64,000 bases of DNA from Novosphingobium sp. (GTDB lineage: Bacteria; Pseudomonadota; Alphaproteobacteria; Sphingomonadales; Sphingomonadaceae), in the NCBI GenBank assembly GCA_026400375.1, contig JAPLPG010000314.1:1763-65762 (forward strand). Direction: 5' to 3'. How positions within the stretch are numbered: position 1 is the first letter of the stretch; each line of letters starts with the position of its first letter. The notes under the pieces are model-generated. The model ran no database searches. It was not told the DNA's origin and saw nothing but the letters and a program-made list of their open reading frames with translations. The translations under genes were made by a program, and so were the position numbers. Shown one piece after another: positions 57,927 to 64,000 of this stretch.

Positions 57927-59081
57927 ATGGAAACGCCACCCTCTGCGACAGCCGAACCCGGCGCTGACCGGGCCGACGATACAACCCGCACCGCGCGCCG
58001 CAAGCGTGCGTTCCTGATCTTCGGCGTGGTTCTGGCCATTGCAGTGCTGGGTTTTGGCGGCTGGAAGGTGGCCGTGGGAGATCGCTATGTCAGCACAGAC
58101 AATGCCTATGTCGGCGCCGACGTGGGGCAAGTGACCGCGCTGATCGGGGCGCCGGTTGCCCAGGTGCTGGTCAGCGATACCCAGCAGGTCAAGGCTGGTC
58201 AGGCGCTGGTCAGGCTGGACGACAGCGATGCCCGGTTGGCCCTGGCGGTGGCCGAAGCCGATCTTGCGCGCGCCGAACGCATGGTGCGGCAGACCCGCGC
58301 GACCGGCGATGCCTTGAGCGCGCAAGTCGACGCGGGCCGCGCCGGCGCCGCAGCGGGTGAAGCGCGCCTTGCCCGGGCGCGCGCCGATCTGGCGCGGGTA
58401 CAGGCCGATCTTGCCCGGCGCGAGGCGCTGGTGGCAAGCGGTGCGGTCTCTGGCGAGGAAATGACTGCCGCGCGCAATGCCCATGCCAGCGCCCGGGCCA
58501 TGGTCGAGGCCGCGACCGCCGAACTGGCGCAACTGCGCGCCGGACAATCAAGCGCGCGAGGGAGCCTTGCTGCCAATCTGGCTCTCACTGGCGGGGCCAC
58601 GACCGAAGCGCTTCCCGATGTTCTTTCGGCCCGGGCACGGCTGGATCAGGCCCGTCTCGACCTGGCGCGCACCGTGATCCGCGCGCCGTTTGACGGCATC
58701 GTCAGCGGCCGCCAGGTGGAAATCGGCCAGCGGGTGGCGCCGGGAGCAGTGCTGATGCGGGTGGTTCCGCTGGCGCGGGTCTATGTCGATGCCAATTTCA
58801 AGGAAGGGCAATTGCGCCATGTCCGGCCGGGCCAGCCGGTCGAACTGGTCTCGGACCTTTATGGCGATGACGTGGTTTATCACGGGCGCGTGGTCGGCTT
58901 CGCCGGCGGAACCGGCGCCGCTTTCGCGCTGGTTCCGGCGCAGAACGCCACCGGCAACTGGATCAAGGTGGTCCAGCGCCTGCCGGTGCGCGTCGCGCTT
59001 GATCCCGCCGAACTCGAACGGCATCCCTTGCGCGTCGGGCTGTCGATGGAAGCATCGATCGATACCCGCGCGGGACAATGA
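57927..59081 (+). CDS. emrA: EmrA/HlyD family membrane fusion protein
   Basis: STDNAYV, IRAPFDG, ANFKE, GTGAAFALVPAQNATGNWIKVVQRLPV. Confidence 0.9.
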   Translation: METPPSATAEPGADRADDTTRTARRKRAFLIFGVVLAIAVLGFGGWKVAVGDRYVSTDNAYVGADVGQVTALIGAPVAQVLVSDTQQVKAGQALVRLDDSDARLALAVAEADLARAERMVRQTRATGDALSAQVDAGRAGAAAGEARLARARADLARVQADLARREALVASGAVSGEEMTAARNAHASARAMVEAATAELAQLRAGQSSARGSLAANLALTGGATTEALPDVLSARARLDQARLDLARTVIRAPFDGIVSGRQVEIGQRVAPGAVLMRVVPLARVYVDANFKEGQLRHVRPGQPVELVSDLYGDDVVYHGRVVGFAGGTGAAFALVPAQNATGNWIKVVQRLPVRVALDPAELERHPLRVGLSMEASIDTRAGQ

Positions 59082-60578
59082 CGGTGCCGACGCCTTTTGC
59101 CAATCCGCCGCCGCTGAAGGGTGTGAACCTGATCCTGTCAGGCTTCGCGCTGGCGCTGGCAAACTTCATCGTCGTGCTCGACATCACGATTGCCAACGTG
59201 TCGGTGCCCCATATCTCGGGAAGCCTCGCCGCCGCGCCATCGCAAGGGACCTGGGTGATCACGTCCTATGCCGTGGCGGAGGCGATCAGTGTGCCCCTGA
59301 CCGGATGGCTCGCGGGGCGGTTCGGCGCGGTGCGCACGTTTCTGGGCGGGATCACGGGCTTCGGGCTGTTCTCCCTGCTCTGCGGCCTTGCGCCAAATCT
59401 TGAACTGCTGATCGCGTTTCGGGTGATGCAGGGACTTTGCGGCGGACCGATCATGCCGATGTCGCAAACCCTGCTGCTGCGCATCTTTCCCAAGGACAAG
59501 GCGGCGGCAGCCTTCGGCCTGTGGAGCATTACCACGGTGGTCGCACCTATCCTACTGGAGCTGGCCGTGGATCTTCTTCATCAACCTGCCGCTGGTCGCG
59601 GTCTCGGCGCTGGTGGTCCTGCGCAAGGTATCGGGCCACGAGACGCCCACCGCGCGCGCGCCGGTCGATTACGTGGGTCTTGGCCTGCTGGTGACATGGG
59701 TGGGGGCGTTGCAGATCATGCTCGACAAGGGTCGCGAGGAGGACTGGTTCGGCAGCCCGTTCATCATCGTGCTGGCGCTGGTCGCCGCCATCGGCTTTGT
59801 CGCCTTCCTGATCTGGGAGCTGACCGATCGCCATCCCATCGTTGACCTTAAGGTCCTGCACAATCGCGGCTTTGCCGTTGCCATGTCGGCCCAGAGCCTG
59901 ACCTATGGCGTGTTCTTTGCCCAGATCGTGCTGGTCCCGCTGTGGCTGCAGACCAGTCTTGGCTACACCTCAACCGTCGCCGGCTATGCCACGGCCTTTC
60001 TCGGCGTGTTCGCGGTCATGCTCTCGCCGATCGTGGCGGGCCTGACGCAGCGGGTCGACGTGCGCCGCCTGGTGACCTTCGGCATTCTGTGGTTCGGGCT
60101 GATGGCGCTGTGGCGGTCCACCTGGTATGCCGACATGAGCTTCTGGCAGATCGCGATGCCGCAACTGGTGCAGGGCATTGGCCTGCCCTTCTTCTTCATC
60201 GGCACGACGGTCATGGCGCTGGGGTCGGTCAGCCCTGCCGAAACCGCTTCGGCGGCGGGGCTGCTCAACTTCATGCGAACGCTGACCGGCGCCATCGCGG
60301 TGTCGATCACCACCACCTTGTGGGAAGATGGGGCCAAGACCGCGCGAAGCTCGCTTGTGGGCACAATGAGCGCCGACAGCAGCACGCTGGACGCCTTCAG
60401 CGGCGTTTCGACCGAACAGGGACGCGCTGCGCTGTCGGCGCTTGTCGATGGGCAGGCCATCACGATCGCCACCGATCACGTCTTCGCGCTGTGCTCGGCG
60501 GTGTTCGTGGTCGCCGCGGCAATCGTCTGGCTGGCACCAAGGCCGCAGAACCAGGCGGACCTCACGCAGGCCCACTGA
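59078..60578 (+). CDS. emrB: EmrB/QacA (DHA2) MFS efflux transporter, internal deletion/frameshift near 59553
   Basis: VLDITIANV, WVITSY, QGLCGG; after APIL the conserved GPxLGG...D segment is absent and WSWPWIFFINLP resumes in another frame. Confidence 0.85.
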
Positions 60579-60725
60579 AGCTGCCGCGATTGCGAAGGCC
60601 GGGCCCGCAGCAACAATTCCGGAACCTTCGCGCCGCTTGTCCGTTCCGGGCCCCATGACAGGACCGGTTGCACTTGCCTTCGCGCCGACAGCGGATCGTT
60701 GTCGGCGTTTCCCGTTGCGCCGATT

Positions 60726-60770
60726 CCAGTCGTCATGGCCCCAGTCGTCATGGCCCCAGTTGTCAGGGCC
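60726..60770 (+). repeat. 15-bp tandem repeat x3
   Basis: CCAGTCGTCATGGCC CCAGTCGTCATGGCC CCAGTTGTCAGGGCC. Confidence 0.85.
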
Positions 60771-60803
60771 AACCCGGCGGGCCAGCGGCCCTGCCGCGTC
60801 TGC

Positions 60804-61766
60804 ATGACAGCGGCGAGCCGGTCCGGTCTGCGCAGTGCCATCCGCGCCAACATCGTCCTCATTTGCGCGCTCGTCGCAAACGTCGGCATCGCCGTTGCAA
60901 AGTTCGTTGCCGCCGGGCTGACCGGGTCGTCCTCGATGCTGTCCGAGGGCTTTCACTCGCTGGTCGACAGCGGCAACCAGGTGCTGCTGCTCTACGGCCA
61001 GCATCGCGCCAAGCGACCCCCCGACACGCGCCATCCGTTCGGCTATGGGCGCGAACTGTACTTCTGGGCTTTCGTCGTCGCGATCCTGATCTTTGCGCTG
61101 GGAGCGGGCATCTCGATCTACGAGGGCTGGCAGCACATCGTCACGCCCGAACCCTTGCAGGACCCCACGGTCAACTATGTCGTGCTGGGCATTGCCGTGC
61201 TGCTCGAGGGCACGTCATGGGTCGTTGCGGTCAGGGAATTCGCCAGCGTCAAGGGCACGATGGGCTGGTGGGAAGCGGTCAAGCAATCGAAGGACCCGGC
61301 TGCGTTCATCGTGCTGTTCGAGGATTCAGCCGCGCTTGCCGGCCTGTTCGTGGCGGCGGCGGGCGTCTGGGCCAGCCATGTCTGGGACGATGCCCGGATC
61401 GATGGCATGGCCTCCATCGCGATCGGTGTCATCCTGGCCGCGGTGGCCGTGCTTCTGGCACGCGAGGCCAAGGGGCTGCTGATTGGCGAGCGCGCCGATC
61501 CGCAAGTGGTCGAACGGGTGCGAACGCTGGTGGCCGATAGTCCCGGGGTAACCGTGGTGAACCATGTCCGCACGATCCACACCGCGCCCGATGCGGTGTT
61601 CGTGGCGATCAGCGCCGAATTCGACGATGCCTTGACGATGGGCCAGGGCGAGGCGCTGATCGAACGGATCGAAGTGCGCCTGCGGCAGGAATTTGCCGAA
61701 CTGTCCTCGATATACATCAGGCCTGAGCGGGCCGTGGATGCCCAGCCCGGCGGGGGTGGCGGATGA
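60804..61766 (+). CDS. Cation diffusion facilitator (ZnT9/SLC30A9-like)
   Basis: TGSSSMLSEGFHSLVDSGNQ, HPFGYGRE, LFEDSAA, LLIGE; start uncertain. Confidence 0.88.
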   Translation: MTAASRSGLRSAIRANIVLICALVANVGIAVAKFVAAGLTGSSSMLSEGFHSLVDSGNQVLLLYGQHRAKRPPDTRHPFGYGRELYFWAFVVAILIFALGAGISIYEGWQHIVTPEPLQDPTVNYVVLGIAVLLEGTSWVVAVREFASVKGTMGWWEAVKQSKDPAAFIVLFEDSAALAGLFVAAAGVWASHVWDDARIDGMASIAIGVILAAVAVLLAREAKGLLIGERADPQVVERVRTLVADSPGVTVVNHVRTIHTAPDAVFVAISAEFDDALTMGQGEALIERIEVRLRQEFAELSSIYIRPERAVDAQPGGGGG

Positions 61767-62623
61767 ACCGGGCCGCGCGCAGCCTGACCACGCTTGTCGC
61801 GCTTGCCCCGCTTGGCGGTTGCGCCGCGCTGAAGCTTGGCGTGATGAACGCGGCCGGCCCTGTCGCGCAGGCGCAATGGGACCTTTATACGACCGTGGCC
61901 ATCGTGCTGATCTTCGTTGGCGGGCCGGTACTGGTGCTCGTCCCGATCATCGCCTGGCATTATCGCCGGGCCAATACCGAAAGCGCGTTCCGCCCGGACT
62001 GGAACTTTGCCTGGCCGCTCGAACTGCTGATCTGGATACCGCCCACCGCCATCGTGGTGGGGTTGGGCATCGTGTTGTGGCAGTCGGCGCACCGGCTCGA
62101 TCCCTATCGCGCCATCGCCTTGTCGCGCTCACCGGTGATCGTTCAGGCGGTCGCGCTCGACTGGAAGTGGCTGTTCATCTATCCCGACGCGCACATCGCC
62201 ACGATCAACCGCCTGCCCGTTCCGGCAGGCCACCCCGTTCGCATCGAGCTGACCAGCGGCACGGTCATGCAGTCGCTGCTTGTCCCGCAGCTGGCAGGGC
62301 AGGTCTATGCGATGGCGGGCATGCGCACCCAGCTGAACTTCGCGGCAAGCAGACCGGGCGTCTACCGCGGTGAAAACACCCAATACAACGGCGAAGGCTT
62401 CGCCCGGCAGAAGTTCGATGTAGTGGCCCTGCCGCCCGCCGACTACCAGCGCTGGGTAAGGCGCATGCAGCACCAGGCCCGCCCGTTTGATGCGGCGGCC
62501 TATGCCGCACTGTTCGAGCGGGCCACGATTCCCGCACCGGTCATGTATTCCGCGGTCCCGGACGGTCTGTTCGGGCGCATTGTCGACCGCAGCCGCCTGC
62601 CCGCGGCACAGGCGCAGCGATGA
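61763..62623 (+). CDS. cyoA: Ubiquinol oxidase subunit II
   Basis: Lipobox LGGC, LELLIWIPP, LDPYR, LDWKWLFIYP, PQLAGQVYAMAGM; no CuA cysteines. Confidence 0.9.
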   Translation: MNRAARSLTTLVALAPLGGCAALKLGVMNAAGPVAQAQWDLYTTVAIVLIFVGGPVLVLVPIIAWHYRRANTESAFRPDWNFAWPLELLIWIPPTAIVVGLGIVLWQSAHRLDPYRAIALSRSPVIVQAVALDWKWLFIYPDAHIATINRLPVPAGHPVRIELTSGTVMQSLLVPQLAGQVYAMAGMRTQLNFAASRPGVYRGENTQYNGEGFARQKFDVVALPPADYQRWVRRMQHQARPFDAAAYAALFERATIPAPVMYSAVPDGLFGRIVDRSRLPAAQAQR

Positions 62624-64000
62624 CCGGCGCGGCGCTGCTTGGCCGGCTTGGCTGGCAGTCGCTCGCCTTCGTGCGCGCATGGCAGGACCCGTCGCTCAAC
62701 ACGCTGATCGCCGCCGGTGCTGCTGCGCTGGTGGTCATCGGCGCGGTGGCGGTGGTGGCCCTGATCACGCTGCGTGGCCAATGGCGCCGTTTGTGGCGCG
62801 AATGGTTCACCAGCCTCGATCACAAGAAGATCGGCATCATGTATGTGGCACTGTCGTTCGTGATGCTGGCACGCGCGCTCGCCGAAGCGGTGCTGATGCG
62901 GCTGCAGCAGGCAACGGCCATCAATGCGCCGGGCGTGGTCGATGCCGAACACTTTGCGCAACTGTTCAGCACCCACGGCACCATCATGATCTTCTTCATG
63001 GCGATGCCATTCCTGACCGGCCTGATCAACTATGTCCTGCCACTGCAGATCGGCGCGCGCGATGTGTCCTTTCCCCTGCTCAACGCGATCAGCCTGTGGC
63101 TGACGGCTGCCGCTGCCGGGCTGATGATGGCATCGCTGGTGGTCGGCCGGTTCTCCACCGGGGGGTGGAGCGGGTATCCGCCGTTCACCGAGACCGGCTT
63201 CAGTCCGGGCGTCGGCCCCGATTACTGGATCTGGGCGGTCACCCTCGGCTCGATCGGGTCGACGCTGACGGGCCTGAACTTTGCCACCACGATCTACAAG
63301 AAGCGCTGCACCGGCATGACCGTGATGCGCATGCCGTTGTTCGTATGGACATCGCTGTGCACCAGCATCCTGATGATCTTCTCGATGCCCGCGCTGACCG
63401 TGGCCACTGCGCTGCTCGCGCTCGATCGCTACCTGGGCTTTCATTTCTTCACCAACGCGCTTGGCGGCAACATGATGAACTACGCCAACCTGTTCTGGCT
63501 GTTCGGCCATCCCGAGGTCTATGTCCTGATCCTTCCGGCGTTCGGCATCTATTCGGAAGTGGTCTCGACCTTCTCGACCAAGGAACTCTACGGTTACGCC
63601 TCGCTGGCCATCGCCACGATCGCGATTGCCGTGCTGTCGTTCACGGTGTGGGTACACCACTTCTTCACGATGGGGCAAAGCGCCAACATCAACGCGGTAT
63701 TCGGCATCGCCACCATGGCCATCGGCGTGCCCACCGGGGTCAAGATCTACAACTGGATATGGACGATGTTCCGCGGCGAGGTGCGCTTCACCGTGCCACT
63801 GCTCTATGCGCTGGCCTTCATGATGACCTTCGTGCTGGGTGGATTGACCGGGATCATCCTGGCCTTTCCGCCGCTCGATTATCTGGTGCACAACACGCTG
63901 TTTCTTGTCGCGCACTTTCACAACATGCTCATTCCCGGGCTGCTCTATGGTCTGCTGGCGGGCTATCACTACTGGTTCCCCAAGGCCTTCGGCTTCCGGC
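62620..64000 (+). CDS. cyoB: Ubiquinol oxidase subunit I (3'-truncated by window)
   Basis: ATGA overlap with cyoA; DHKKIGIMY, HGTIMIFF, GARDVSFP, GHPEVY, WVHHFF, PTGVK, VAHFH. Confidence 0.93.
   Translation, partial: MTGAALLGRLGWQSLAFVRAWQDPSLNTLIAAGAAALVVIGAVAVVALITLRGQWRRLWREWFTSLDHKKIGIMYVALSFVMLARALAEAVLMRLQQATAINAPGVVDAEHFAQLFSTHGTIMIFFMAMPFLTGLINYVLPLQIGARDVSFPLLNAISLWLTAAAAGLMMASLVVGRFSTGGWSGYPPFTETGFSPGVGPDYWIWAVTLGSIGSTLTGLNFATTIYKKRCTGMTVMRMPLFVWTSLCTSILMIFSMPALTVATALLALDRYLGFHFFTNALGGNMMNYANLFWLFGHPEVYVLILPAFGIYSEVVSTFSTKELYGYASLAIATIAIAVLSFTVWVHHFFTMGQSANINAVFGIATMAIGVPTGVKIYNWIWTMFRGEVRFTVPLLYALAFMMTFVLGGLTGIILAFPPLDYLVHNTLFLVAHFHNMLIPGLLYGLLAGYHYWFPKAFGFR

Noticed and set aside
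60726-60770. Tandem repeat considered as a CRISPR array
   Set aside because: 15-bp units without spacers and no cas genes
1-64000. tRNA, rRNA, IS elements, integrases, prophage or defence genes
   Set aside because: None recognised; nearly all sequence is accounted for by metabolic, transport and regulatory genes

Overview
High-GC alphaproteobacterial DNA, probably Sphingomonadaceae (Novosphingobium-like; inferred from gene content), that is almost entirely catabolic. (1) 1-21 kb: a dense oxidoreductase island with two Rieske oxygenase alpha subunits, an acyl-CoA ligase, five SDRs, three MDRs, NTF2/VOC/EthD/ThuA proteins, a TonB-dependent receptor, an APH-kinase plus acyl-CoA dehydrogenase pair and a GntR. 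(2) 21-48 kb: the most interesting part, an apparently uncharacterised two-module pathway. Each module has a GntR-type regulator, a racemase-fold protein lacking both catalytic cysteines, a family III CoA-transferase, a CoA-ester C-C lyase (HMG-CoA-lyase fold in one, CitE fold in the other) and a cysteine hydrolase. Other genes here encode an ATP-dependent lactamase (hydantoinase A/B), a RutA-like monooxygenase, a methyltransferase with a small partner, GSTs, a TauD dioxygenase and an AbfD-like protein with rearranged Fe-S ligands. Two different operator-like palindromes, each present three times, tie these transcription units together. (3) 48-55.7 kb: a LacI/TBDR/TIM-barrel/GPH/GMC glycoside locus with no glycoside hydrolase. 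(4) 55.7-64 kb: a TetR plus EmrAB-NodT efflux pump, and a ZnT9-like CDF overlapping cyoA, followed by cyoB. Five genes carry small frameshifts or deletions that look like sequencing or assembly errors. No rRNA, tRNA, CRISPR array or mobile element was recognised. All family assignments come from recalled motifs; no database search was run.
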